Part shown: positions 47,176-57,493 of the stretch, in pieces
Numbering within the stretch: position 1 is the stretch's first letter
Layout: each line of letters begins with the position of its first letter
IMG/VR virus record: IMGVR_UViG_3300005563_000033
Location: 13,353 to 77,352 of that record
Source: a virus
Strand: one strand, 5' to 3'
Length of the DNA: 64,000 bases
Notes under the pieces: model-generated
The model's input: only the letters and a program-made list of their open reading frames with translations
What the model was told of the DNA's origin: nothing
Database searches by the model: none
Program-made: the position numbers and the translations under genes

Positions 47176-50100
47176 TTGAACGATATGGCTCCAAAAGAAA
47201 GAAGGAGGTTAGGGAATAAATATCCCTCCCTCTTTCTGACGATAATCATACTATTATTATGCGTTAAAGTAAATTCTCAGACGTATAATCCTAGCTTACA
47301 TACGGTTACAAATAAGGCTCTGGGGATAGCGCAAGCAACACCTACGGATGCTCGTAGTATGTTCTATGATCAGACAAATTTTATTTACAGACCCTATCAA
47401 TCTATTGTTGAGGTTAAAACATATTTGAATCTAGCAAAATATCGAACTGGTAATTTCTTAATTGTAGTCGATTCCGGAGGTTTATTGCAACCGAACGGCG
47501 TGTATGTCGGGGGGCATAATAATTTTTGGATGTTTAAAGATTCTACGGCAGATGCAAATCTCATAGAATTAAATCTTCAAGGAAGTTCCGGAAGTTGTGC
47601 TGGATGTCTTTTGGCTGTTAATAATCTAAGTGATTTAGCTAATGCTACAACCGCTCGATCTAACCTTGGCTTAGGTTCCATATCTACATTGTCATCTACC
47701 GCATCAGGAGGTGACGCGTCGGGGAACTGGCCTGCCATCACCGTAAACTCAATTCAAGGGAAGAATTTAGCCTACATAACCAACTATCTCAATTTAAGTA
47801 ACACTCCGGCAATTCCAAGTCAATTAAACCCAACAGGACTAGGTTTAGTAACCATAACGGGGGTATACCCCAATCTTACGTGGACTGGAAGAACACCGGG
47901 AATCGAGGAAACTATTTTCGCGAATAATGCTACGTCTCGAACTGACTCTCTTAATATAGGAGCTTTCTTGTTTAGGATGTATGGTACATCTGCTTTTGGA
48001 CTTCCCAAGGGTACAACAGCACAAAGACCGTCCTCTGCTGCTGCCGGTGACACCAGATGGAATACGGATAGTTTAAAGAAAGAAACATTTGACGGTGCTT
48101 CATGGGTAACAGATGGAAGCGGGGGAGGGGGTGGAGGCGGTATTACAGCCCTTACAGGAGACGGTACGGCATCAGGAACAGGATCAGTACCTTTCACCTT
48201 AGCAACAGTTAATAGTAATGTCTTTGGCTCCAATACCTTTTTGAAATTTGGGGTGAATGGCAAAGGTTTGGTAACAAGTGCGACCGCCGTAGGATCAGGA
48301 GATATTACGGGAGCTTTGGGCTTCACTCCTTATAATGCTACCAATCCGGCAGGATACATTTCTAACATAACAGGACTCGTAACTCAGGGTACGGAAATAA
48401 GTATAACGGGTTCTGGAACGTCTGGGACACCTTACGTAGTCAATTCTAAGGCCAATATCCGGACGGTTAAAACAATAGCCAATTTGTATGCGCTACCTAC
48501 GGCAGGGTTAACGGACAGTGCGGTGGTTGTGGTTACGGATACAGTTGCAGGTGGACCTATGATGTGGATTTCCACTACAACTACTGTAGAAGATTCGGGA
48601 ACAATATTCAAACCAACTGCCATTAGTTCGGGAAGCCCTGGCCGGTGGATACGTCAATACAACGGGTTAAAAAGTTTGCATTTTTGGGGTGTGAACGGCG
48701 ACAATAGCACCAACGTTACAAGACGTACACAGCTTGCTATGAATAGTTGTGTGGGTGGTACTTTATATGTTCCATCGGGGATATACCTGATCGACTCTCT
48801 TATTTATCCAGCGCAATTATCCATGAGAGGGGAAAGCCGTAGGAATACACGCTTCCAGGCAACCGCCAGCGGTGCCCAATCTTTCATACGTCTTGGCCCC
48901 GGTCAGTCTAATGAAATTTATTGGACAGATATATCCATTGTAGCCAATGCCAGTAACGTAGGTCAAAAAGGATTTGACTTTACGGCGGTTCCGGGGTCAA
49001 CTACGGGTGGTTTGTGGAACTTCGAAATGGACAGAGTGGATGTAACGAATTTCAGAGGTACGGGTATTAACCTATACTGTCATGATGGAGCCTTTGATAT
49101 GGCGCATCAATTCCTAACTTTCCGTCAAGTAAGAGTCTATTGTACCACCGATACAGCCTCTCATGCCGTGGTATGGGATGGGCAAGTCAACCAGACAACT
49201 TTTGATGATTGCGAATTCGATTGCCCTAGTTGGGCAGCCGGAACGAGAGGCGTTGTTTTGATTAGTGGAGGCGCAAGCAATGACCAGATCGTAGGAGGCA
49301 ATACTTTTCATAACATATCGGTTCAAGGGTTTGATCAGGCTGTATATACTTATAATGCACAAGGGGTAAGTTTCACGCAGGATTATTTTGAGTCAGACAG
49401 CGTTGGCATCTATGCCACCAATAGTTCCCGCATTACCGTGTACGACATTCACCTGTCCAATGTAGGTAACACCAGATACGTGTTTGGGAATGACAATAGC
49501 GTAATGGACATTCTAGGATACCGGCTAACTCCCAACCCCATCACCGGAAAATTCTATACCTCTCCGGGCGGAACTTCGGGCGGCGGCGTTATTCAACGTG
49601 GTGTTGGGCAAACAACCAATACCGTAACAACTGTTTTTACCGGGCAGAACATAAACGTCTCTGCTAACACCTTAAACACGGGTTATTTTACCGACATTAT
49701 AACCAACGTAAGCAGTTCTGTATCCAGCTATGTAACGACCATTAACAGCAATCTTAGCCCAACGGAGCATCTTTTTATAAGAGCTTATGACGCATCTCAT
49801 ACCAGCAATAATGCTTTGTTATTTAAATCGGGCGGTAATATATCTCTTCCCGGTAGTTTAGATAGCGGAATGCTGGTATTGCATGACGGACAATCGGCAG
49901 AGTTTGCACGTACTGACATTGGCACTAGTGTATGGGCTTTGGTGCCTTCGTCTATTACGCCCTTATACATGAGTGCCTTTCCAACTACTGGCTTGTGGAT
50001 TACTGGCAACGTTGTTTATAACAGCAATCCAACTTTCGGAACGGCTGGGATATGGGTATGTAAGAAAGGGGGCATTGGAGCAGCAGCTTTATGGGATAGT

Positions 50101-53100
50101 CTTGTAGTGGGAGCAGGGGGCGGAAGCGGAGGGACTAATTCAAATGTGGGTTCCGGGTATCGCTTGGCAATACCGACCACCAACAATATAAAAACTATTT
50201 TTGGTAGCACTTTTATTTCGTGGGATTCTACTTCAAATACCAATGCGCTGACCTCTAAAATAGCCAATGGAACCGCTAATAATATACTGGGTTGGGATGG
50301 GTCTGGGAATCCAGCTTCGTTAGCCCCCGATACTTTGTTTGTAAAAAATAGAGTGTCAGGAACAGGGGTTCAAGTAGGGAATATATCAAACGACACGCTG
50401 TATTTGAATAATCTAAACGGCAGCACCTTCATATCGCAGGCGAAAAATTCCGACAGTTCCATAACAACCGCAATAGCCAATTCTACGGCCAATACTCTTT
50501 TAGGGTGGAATGGGTCCGGAGTACCGACGAATATAACAGCAGGATCAGGAATCACAATATCTGGTGGCGTTATAAGTTCAAGTGGTGGCTCTAGCGCCTT
50601 AACCAATACGCATATTTTCGTAGGAAACGCCTCTAACATAGCCACAGACGTAGCCTTGAGTGGAGACGCTACAATAGCCAATACAGGAGCTTTAACGATT
50701 GCCAGCAATGCTATAACTACTGGTAAAATAAACAATAACGCTGTAACATACGGTAAGTTACAGGCCGCTTCTGGGCAGTCTTTATTAGGAGCTACAGGGG
50801 CTGGTAATTTTCAAGAACTCACATTAGGCACCAATCTTTCCATATCTGGAACTACTCTTAATGCTGCGGGCAGCGGAACGGACACGATAACGCAGGCGAC
50901 AGCCCCATTACGGATTACCAGAGCGAGCAATGTAGTCACTATAGGCGGCGACAGTCTGTTGAATAAATACAATTCCAATTATGCTACCACGCAGAGAATA
51001 CAATATTATCAGCCTGCATCAGGCGTTAATGGCACGTCGGATACGGTAACTAATTATGGGTGGGCAAATATAGACTCCGCTCTTTCTTATTATACAACAG
51101 TAGGAAAAGGCGCTGACTTTGGCGGCTGGCTGGTGAATAGTACGTCAAATGATTCCGTTCAGTTATTGACACCCATTGGGGTTTATATAGGCAATTCTTT
51201 TGCGGCCGCCCATCCTTGGTTTACTGGTCCGCTAGAACAACCGGGTGGATGGAATCCTACGATTGCTGATCCTTGGGGAACAACTACGCATACTTTGGAT
51301 AGCCTAACGCATTATAAGTGGTACGGTATGGGGATCGGCGGGCAGACTACCTCTCAGATGCGTTCTCGATTTTTACGTGATGTGCTTGGGCTTCCCTCTA
51401 ATCCCAATGACGGACTAGGAAGTCGAACGATTGGTCGAAAAGCTTCTTTTGCAATTATCGAGGGTGCAATAAATGACCTTGCTGCTGGGGTATCAGATAG
51501 TATTGTTCGGGATAATTTAGTTTGGATGGCCGAAACCTGCCTACAATATCAAGTTCCTTGCGTGATGTTGAACTGCCCTGGTGACGGGTCTGGCACAACT
51601 AAATCTTATTACCAAGCCATCGCCAGACTGAATAAGTGGATGGCTTCCGGCATATTGCAATCCTTGGGTGTAACGGTAATCGATTTAAACAAGCTATGGA
51701 ACACAGCTGAGATGAACAACTACAATTTTAGCTCTTATGTAAACTCGGGAGACAAAATACATCTGACAAAGACTGGATATGATACCTTGGGAAAAATAAT
51801 ATTTTTTAATGCAAATATACCCGTCTTAACAAAGGCAGTTATTATAAAAGCGAACTCTCCAACCAATCCAATATCTGGCTACAACGTGCCCACAGGTATT
51901 ACATTTACAGGAGTAAGCTATTCTCTAACTTCTAATCCCATAGATACGATAGCCATTACATCGTATATAACGGATTCTGTTTGGATGAAAATAACCAGCT
52001 CGTCCGGCGCTGGAAGTAAAACGGGCGTTAATTCCGTATTGTGGTATATCGATAACGATCCGACGAACGCATTTATGTATACGGAAAGAACAGCCTTTTC
52101 CGGTCCGCATCTTCCTTTCTCTAACATGTCTTCCTTGAATATCCGTGCAAAAGATTATACTGTTGGGTTAAGGCTCATAGATGTAATGGGGAATGATAAT
52201 GTTTATAACCATTTACGATTAATAGGCGGACAAAGTGCCAGCACAAATATGATTATAAATGGGGGCGCTAGTCCATCCGTGCTTAACAGCTCAGCCTTGA
52301 CTGTTTATGGGCATTTATCATTAAATACCGGGAGTAATATTTTCGTTCCGGGTTTTGGATCGACGATAGGTAACTTACAAATTGGCAACACCTCCAATCC
52401 AAGTACGTTAGGGAGAGGTGTTGGATATATTAACTCCGCGATGGATTTTCAAGCTGGTCAAGGATCATCGATGGCTAGTGAGGTTATGCGGTTTTCACCG
52501 TTCAGTAATACCGTGTATACGATTACGAGCAGCTCCACCCGTTTTCCAATGCACAAGTTCAATGGAGGATTGGGTAATGGAACCGACAGAGATACAGTAT
52601 CATTAATGGGGACAAACTTCCAATGGAACAACACGGAAACGGGCAATGTTATACCGGGTTTTCGTGGGATATTGGATTTGCATTCCACTATACTTTCAAG
52701 GGGAACGTCCAATAGATTTTATAGCATCTGGGCAGAGAATGGAGACAACTGGTTGAATACGGTTACAGGCAAAACCTCTATCGGCACCATAAATCCAGCG
52801 GGTTCAGCTAAATTAGACGTTACCAGCAGAACAAGAGGATTTATACTGCCAAGGATGCGTCAAGGTCAACGTGATAGTATAGGATATATAGGAGCCGTAA
52901 ATATTACTACTGCCGGGACTGGATATACTACGGTTCCAGTCCAGACAATCACAGGCACAGGGACGGGGGCTGTAATAAATTTCATGTTGTCTGGTGGAGG
53001 TATTGCAACTCCCACAATCATCGATCCGGGAGAAGGGTATAAGCCGGGATCGAGTATAAGTATCGCTTTCTCTGGTGGGGGCGGTTCCGGGGCTGCGGCT

Positions 53101-54150
53101 ACGTTAACGATAAATGGACCGGATAGTGGGCTGATGATTTATAATACGACCGTAGATTCACTTCAATGGTATAAGCCATCTTGCGCTTGTTGGATAGACG
53201 CAGGTGACGGCGGACAAAATATATACAATGCAGACGGAACGCTTACGGGTAATAGAACTTTATCGGGTGCCAATTTTACGTTGGCTTTGGGTACATCCGG
53301 CAGCAAGCTATCTAATCTATCCATATGGTCTACCGCAGGCGTTAACTTAACAGGGGGACAATACGCTAGTACGGGCGGTTCTCAACTTTTGGAAGTGGCA
53401 TCCACTATAAATAATCCGGTCACAGCGGCCAGCGGCACAGTAAGTAATTTTTCTGCTTATTTGTTTTCAGCCCCTACGATTACGAGTACGAATTCAAGCA
53501 TTACCTATTCTAGCCCAGCCACTCTAAGAATAGACAATCAGCCGACTATGAGTACTAACTCTACTGCGACTGGCAGATTGTTGGCTTTGGATGTAGCAGC
53601 TGGGATAACACATATGGGGGTTGGGTCGTCTAATTTTTCTCTCATAGCTGATGGGTATGCTTATTTTGATGGAGCCTCACCCACCAATACTATAGGAGTG
53701 GGATTCGGGCTATCAACATCTAGTCACGCCACCTTGAACCTTCCGGCAGGTACGGACCCGTCTACAGGAGGCGTTAACACCGCTAGCGGGAATATGTGGT
53801 ATAACGGCACTAATCTATATTTTGTAGATGGCAGCACGAACGGTGTTAAAAGGGATATATTGAACGGCATTCATAATTACCTACATTCAATATCAACTCC
53901 GGCTACCGGCGGAACGGTGAACTTAGTAGCTAATCAGTATAATATTATAAATCCATCTGGGACCATCGCTACGTTGACAGTTAATTTACCGTCTAGCCCC
54001 AACAATAATGACGTAGTTTATATAAAATACACACAAGCCGTTACAACAGTTACTTACGGTAACGGCACCGTTGTGGACGGCATAACAACGCCTAGTGCCG
54101 GTGGGTTGGTAGTACTAACTTTCGACAGCGGCACATCCAGCTGGTATTAA
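47176..54150 (+). CDS. giant tail fibre/spike with pectin-lyase-like beta-helix and SGNH esterase; N-terminal signal peptide
   Basis: NNLSDLAN..TARSNLGLG fibre motif; WGV.GD...LYVPSGIY beta-helix start; GNS/GIGG.T/GAIND/D.IH SGNH blocks; SAKLDVTS.TRGFILPRM. Confidence 0.8.
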   Translation: MNDMAPKERRRLGNKYPSLFLTIIILLLCVKVNSQTYNPSLHTVTNKALGIAQATPTDARSMFYDQTNFIYRPYQSIVEVKTYLNLAKYRTGNFLIVVDSGGLLQPNGVYVGGHNNFWMFKDSTADANLIELNLQGSSGSCAGCLLAVNNLSDLANATTARSNLGLGSISTLSSTASGGDASGNWPAITVNSIQGKNLAYITNYLNLSNTPAIPSQLNPTGLGLVTITGVYPNLTWTGRTPGIEETIFANNATSRTDSLNIGAFLFRMYGTSAFGLPKGTTAQRPSSAAAGDTRWNTDSLKKETFDGASWVTDGSGGGGGGGITALTGDGTASGTGSVPFTLATVNSNVFGSNTFLKFGVNGKGLVTSATAVGSGDITGALGFTPYNATNPAGYISNITGLVTQGTEISITGSGTSGTPYVVNSKANIRTVKTIANLYALPTAGLTDSAVVVVTDTVAGGPMMWISTTTTVEDSGTIFKPTAISSGSPGRWIRQYNGLKSLHFWGVNGDNSTNVTRRTQLAMNSCVGGTLYVPSGIYLIDSLIYPAQLSMRGESRRNTRFQATASGAQSFIRLGPGQSNEIYWTDISIVANASNVGQKGFDFTAVPGSTTGGLWNFEMDRVDVTNFRGTGINLYCHDGAFDMAHQFLTFRQVRVYCTTDTASHAVVWDGQVNQTTFDDCEFDCPSWAAGTRGVVLISGGASNDQIVGGNTFHNISVQGFDQAVYTYNAQGVSFTQDYFESDSVGIYATNSSRITVYDIHLSNVGNTRYVFGNDNSVMDILGYRLTPNPITGKFYTSPGGTSGGGVIQRGVGQTTNTVTTVFTGQNINVSANTLNTGYFTDIITNVSSSVSSYVTTINSNLSPTEHLFIRAYDASHTSNNALLFKSGGNISLPGSLDSGMLVLHDGQSAEFARTDIGTSVWALVPSSITPLYMSAFPTTGLWITGNVVYNSNPTFGTAGIWVCKKGGIGAAALWDSLVVGAGGGSGGTNSNVGSGYRLAIPTTNNIKTIFGSTFISWDSTSNTNALTSKIANGTANNILGWDGSGNPASLAPDTLFVKNRVSGTGVQVGNISNDTLYLNNLNGSTFISQAKNSDSSITTAIANSTANTLLGWNGSGVPTNITAGSGITISGGVISSSGGSSALTNTHIFVGNASNIATDVALSGDATIANTGALTIASNAITTGKINNNAVTYGKLQAASGQSLLGATGAGNFQELTLGTNLSISGTTLNAAGSGTDTITQATAPLRITRASNVVTIGGDSLLNKYNSNYATTQRIQYYQPASGVNGTSDTVTNYGWANIDSALSYYTTVGKGADFGGWLVNSTSNDSVQLLTPIGVYIGNSFAAAHPWFTGPLEQPGGWNPTIADPWGTTTHTLDSLTHYKWYGMGIGGQTTSQMRSRFLRDVLGLPSNPNDGLGSRTIGRKASFAIIEGAINDLAAGVSDSIVRDNLVWMAETCLQYQVPCVMLNCPGDGSGTTKSYYQAIARLNKWMASGILQSLGVTVIDLNKLWNTAEMNNYNFSSYVNSGDKIHLTKTGYDTLGKIIFFNANIPVLTKAVIIKANSPTNPISGYNVPTGITFTGVSYSLTSNPIDTIAITSYITDSVWMKITSSSGAGSKTGVNSVLWYIDNDPTNAFMYTERTAFSGPHLPFSNMSSLNIRAKDYTVGLRLIDVMGNDNVYNHLRLIGGQSASTNMIINGGASPSVLNSSALTVYGHLSLNTGSNIFVPGFGSTIGNLQIGNTSNPSTLGRGVGYINSAMDFQAGQGSSMASEVMRFSPFSNTVYTITSSSTRFPMHKFNGGLGNGTDRDTVSLMGTNFQWNNTETGNVIPGFRGILDLHSTILSRGTSNRFYSIWAENGDNWLNTVTGKTSIGTINPAGSAKLDVTSRTRGFILPRMRQGQRDSIGYIGAVNITTAGTGYTTVPVQTITGTGTGAVINFMLSGGGIATPTIIDPGEGYKPGSSISIAFSGGGGSGAAATLTINGPDSGLMIYNTTVDSLQWYKPSCACWIDAGDGGQNIYNADGTLTGNRTLSGANFTLALGTSGSKLSNLSIWSTAGVNLTGGQYASTGGSQLLEVASTINNPVTAASGTVSNFSAYLFSAPTITSTNSSITYSSPATLRIDNQPTMSTNSTATGRLLALDVAAGITHMGVGSSNFSLIADGYAYFDGASPTNTIGVGFGLSTSSHATLNLPAGTDPSTGGVNTASGNMWYNGTNLYFVDGSTNGVKRDILNGIHNYLHSISTPATGGTVNLVANQYNIINPSGTIATLTVNLPSSPNNNDVVYIKYTQAVTTVTYGNGTVVDGITTPSAGGLVVLTFDSGTSSWY

Positions 54151-54153
54151 AAT

Positions 54154-55752
54154 ATGAAGACAATTTTAACTATACTGTTTTCTTGGGCTTTTATTGCCAA
54201 TGCTCAAACCGTCAAACAGGTCGTTCAAGCCGAATACAGAGTGTGGTATGTGTATTCTGATTCCACCGTTAAAGGCTATTCAAATAACGGCGGGGCACAT
54301 ATAAAAACATGGCAAGAGCCTTCCGGTTTTCATTGGAAAGTCGTCACACCTGCTTTCAACTACATGAATGTAATTGATAGATTCGGGTACATATGGCAAA
54401 GTAAAATTTTCTTTTTAGACAATAAGGATAGCTTCTGGCGGGTAGATACCGATACAACCGGAGCCGCCTTTAATGGTAACTGGTATATTACGTACTTCGA
54501 TTTTGCCAACATGACACTCCGGTCTGACTCAACACCGTGGTATTTTGGGCAAGATAACTATAGCTTCTTCTATGCAGGCGGAAATCTTGATCCTTGGACC
54601 GGCACCAACATGAAGCCCACACAATTTTCTACAGCCAAGCTGCGGAAGATCGTCATGGGATACAATCACATCGTAGGGTTGAGCAGCGACGGACTTACCG
54701 TATATGAATGGGTGCCCCCCAGCCGTACGCCCCATCAGACTATCTCGCTTCCAAGGCCAGGCGTAGATGTTTTTGTAGCATCCAGTGACTTCTGGGGCTA
54801 CATAATGCCGGACGCAACGGGGTCCCAGACAATGGGTTATCCGTACGTTGCCGGAACAAGCACAAGTCTATACGGTGGTTCTACTGCCTTTACTACGCCA
54901 ACATCAATAAAAGCTCTTTGGGGCCTTACGCAGCCCATAAAGAAATTTGATGTGGATTGGCAAGCGATACATTTTATAGATAGCTCTGGGCGTCTTTGGG
55001 GTTGCGGGTGGAACTCCTTTGGAGAAGTGGGTAATGGGGTGGAATTCGTGGGACGGTATACTTACCAGGGAGGTAACTTCTCTTACGGCTGGCCGCTCAA
55101 CAACGGCGAAAATCCATCAGGCATCCCGGTCAAGATAGGCGACACAACAAAGAACGATTGGCAAGATATATGGTCAACTAATTGGTTCGGGACCACGAAA
55201 GGCGCACGGGATTCGAGAGATAGCATATACACGTGGGGACGTAACAAGGCCAATGTCATGGGGAATGGCCTTCAGAACAACATTTGGTTAAAAGACACTT
55301 CCAATATGGACCAGTTCCACTACAACGCCATAGATATAATAACCCCCACGATTGTTACCCCAATTTCGCAAACGACCACTTTAGTAAACGGGCGACCCCC
55401 CACCGTAAATGCACTCAATCAAAGCATAAGTACATCCAGCACTACCATTACGACAACCGGTAATATGCTGAAAGTAATGACGGTTGCCGACACCACCAAT
55501 GTTATTTGTTGTGCTATTGCTTCCCATGCTTGGACTCAGATAAGCGGTCCCAATACAGCAACCCTTACCAATGCTAATACACAAACCGTTACAGCCTCTA
55601 ATCTTATCAATGGAACATATGTTTTTCAAGATTTCGTATCCGACAATCACAGTGGACAAGATACAGTACAGACGCATATAACAGTCTCAATTTCGGCAGC
55701 TCAACCTTGGATTCATCACAATAGAAAATTCAAAACCAAGCAACTTCCGTAA
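54154..55752 (+). CDS. exported RCC1-like propeller + PKD-type domain protein
   Basis: signal MKTILTILFSWAFIANA then Q; LWGCGWNSFGEVGNG and YTWGRN..MGNG RCC1 repeats; WTQISGP...GTYVFQ..V.DN. Confidence 0.75.
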   Translation: MKTILTILFSWAFIANAQTVKQVVQAEYRVWYVYSDSTVKGYSNNGGAHIKTWQEPSGFHWKVVTPAFNYMNVIDRFGYIWQSKIFFLDNKDSFWRVDTDTTGAAFNGNWYITYFDFANMTLRSDSTPWYFGQDNYSFFYAGGNLDPWTGTNMKPTQFSTAKLRKIVMGYNHIVGLSSDGLTVYEWVPPSRTPHQTISLPRPGVDVFVASSDFWGYIMPDATGSQTMGYPYVAGTSTSLYGGSTAFTTPTSIKALWGLTQPIKKFDVDWQAIHFIDSSGRLWGCGWNSFGEVGNGVEFVGRYTYQGGNFSYGWPLNNGENPSGIPVKIGDTTKNDWQDIWSTNWFGTTKGARDSRDSIYTWGRNKANVMGNGLQNNIWLKDTSNMDQFHYNAIDIITPTIVTPISQTTTLVNGRPPTVNALNQSISTSSTTITTTGNMLKVMTVADTTNVICCAIASHAWTQISGPNTATLTNANTQTVTASNLINGTYVFQDFVSDNHSGQDTVQTHITVSISAAQPWIHHNRKFKTKQLP

Positions 55753-55991
55753 TGGATGAGAAAGAAATACAAATACGGGGTATAGTACTCATGGAAGAGA
55801 TGAGTAAAAAAGTAAATACCATTGAAATAAAAGTGGATTCTATTTACAATGAAAAAATCCATACCCTTGACAAAAGACAGGGAATTACAGAGGATAAAGT
55901 TTCTAGGATTGAAAAAATGTTTTACGGATCAATCATGATAATAATAGCGCAGGCTATTGGATTGGTATTCTTATGGATTCAAAAAAAGTAA
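55752..55991 (+). CDS. XhlA-like holin candidate
   Basis: coiled coil plus one C-terminal TM helix and basic tail. Confidence 0.55.
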   Translation: MDEKEIQIRGIVLMEEMSKKVNTIEIKVDSIYNEKIHTLDKRQGITEDKVSRIEKMFYGSIMIIIAQAIGLVFLWIQKK

Positions 55992-55992
55992 A

Positions 55993-56400
55993 ATGGAGAT
56001 AGAAAAAGAAATACGAGAATTGAAAGTGCTGGCAATGCGCAACGCCAAGCCCATCTTTGACGAACAAATAACGCGGTGTGTAAGCGCCATCATCGTTGAT
56101 CTTTCAGATGGAACGATCCTCTATTCTACACCGCCGTCCAATGATTTATTTGGGTATGTAAATGGGGGACTAGACGGGAAAAACATAACCGATTTGATGC
56201 CGGAAAGATTCAGAGTAAAGCACAAGGGACACTTAGCGCACTTTGCTCATGCGCCCAAAATAAGACAAATGGGAGAATCTGAAATGGCCCTTTACGGTCT
56301 TCACACAGACGGATCAGAGTTTAAGATAGAAATAAGCCTATACCCTACTGAAATAATAAATACCCGATGTGCCGTAGCCACTATTTTGAAGATGAGATAA
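55993..56400 (+). CDS. stand-alone PAS domain protein (FixL-like)
   Basis: LFGY....L.GKNI.DLMPERFR..H....F...P..R.MG....LYGL..DGSEF.IEISL. Confidence 0.85.
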   Translation: MEIEKEIRELKVLAMRNAKPIFDEQITRCVSAIIVDLSDGTILYSTPPSNDLFGYVNGGLDGKNITDLMPERFRVKHKGHLAHFAHAPKIRQMGESEMALYGLHTDGSEFKIEISLYPTEIINTRCAVATILKMR

Positions 56401-56432
56401 ATTTACTATATTTATAATATAAAATCCCCATT

Positions 56433-56780
56433 ATGAGCCCATTCTGGACCGAAGTACTTGGAAAGGATAACGATCCTAATGTTTTAGGAGCCGCATTCTT
56501 CTTTGCCCTCATAGGTATTTTCATTACGCTCCTTTTAGGCACATATGCCAGGGTGCCCGTTTCGCCAAATAGCCCTACTAAATTTTCTTGGTCGTATTTA
56601 TGGTCGGATAATTTCAAAAGAATAATAGCTACTCTTTTAATGGTGGTCGTTTCTCTTAGATTCATTCATGATCTTTTTGGATTTGAATTAAGTGCTTGGC
56701 ATGGGTTTGTCATTGGAACCGGATGGGACGGGCTCGCATTTTTGATAAAACAAAAAACGCGTTTGCTTGACCCGAAATAA
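56433..56780 (+). CDS. holin-like membrane protein (about 3 TM)
   Basis: three hydrophobic segments, basic C-terminus. Confidence 0.55.
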   Translation: MSPFWTEVLGKDNDPNVLGAAFFFALIGIFITLLLGTYARVPVSPNSPTKFSWSYLWSDNFKRIIATLLMVVVSLRFIHDLFGFELSAWHGFVIGTGWDGLAFLIKQKTRLLDPK

Positions 56781-57444
56781 CCTCATAGCATATATCATAA
56801 TAGGAGCGGCTATTGCTATAGGTTTAATCATTGGATTAAGGGGATGTGAAAGAAAGCCGGGGCCAGATCATGCTGTAGATAAAGCAGTGATAGATAGTAT
56901 AACGAATAAAGCGCATAAGGATAGTGCTGTAGCGGCTAAAATAACAGCAGTTTTAACAGATTCATTAAGTAAGCTCCGGCATGCTAATGATTCCTTAGAA
57001 ATAGATCAAAAATGGCAAGAAGGAATGGTATTAGATAAGGCGACACGCTTGAAATGGTTGATACGTAAAATAGACTCTCTGAAAGCTAAAAATGATACAC
57101 TGGGTCAATTAGCCGGATGTGACTCATTGAGGGATTTATATGAAGGCGCGGCCAAAATTGTAGGCGGGTATGAATATCTTTCTGATAGTCTTATTGATCG
57201 TCTGAAGTCAGAAAGAAAACTCTCCGATAGCGTAAAGAATTATCTTTACTCCATGTTTAGCCAATCCAATAACGATCTATTTGAGATTTCCAGAAAATAT
57301 AACAATCTTTACGAAGATTATAAAAAAGTGAATGTTAGACCAAAACGATGGAGTTTAGGGCCTTCGGCAGGGGCATTTATTACTAATAATGGAGTTGGGT
57401 ACGGTATTGGCATTACACTTTCTTATTCCATATTAAAGTTCTGA
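56767..57444 (+). CDS. spanin-like protein
   Basis: N-terminal hydrophobic/LRGC, long coiled coil, C-terminal amphipathic beta hairpin ending in Phe. Confidence 0.55.
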   Translation: MTRNNLIAYIIIGAAIAIGLIIGLRGCERKPGPDHAVDKAVIDSITNKAHKDSAVAAKITAVLTDSLSKLRHANDSLEIDQKWQEGMVLDKATRLKWLIRKIDSLKAKNDTLGQLAGCDSLRDLYEGAAKIVGGYEYLSDSLIDRLKSERKLSDSVKNYLYSMFSQSNNDLFEISRKYNNLYEDYKKVNVRPKRWSLGPSAGAFITNNGVGYGIGITLSYSILKF

Positions 57445-57493
57445 TTATGCAGCACAACATACCAAATGAAACCATTCAAAACCTTATTATGCC

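Noticed and set aside
47820-52712. Long antisense ORFs opposite the fibre gene, and similar ones opposite other large genes
   Set aside because: Shadow frames of real genes with no recognisable motifs.
55978-55995. Slippery A AAA AAG at the end of the holin-like gene as a frameshift fusing it to the PAS protein
   Set aside because: A -1 shift hits a stop within a few codons; fusion needs +1, and the PAS gene has its own ATG at 55993.
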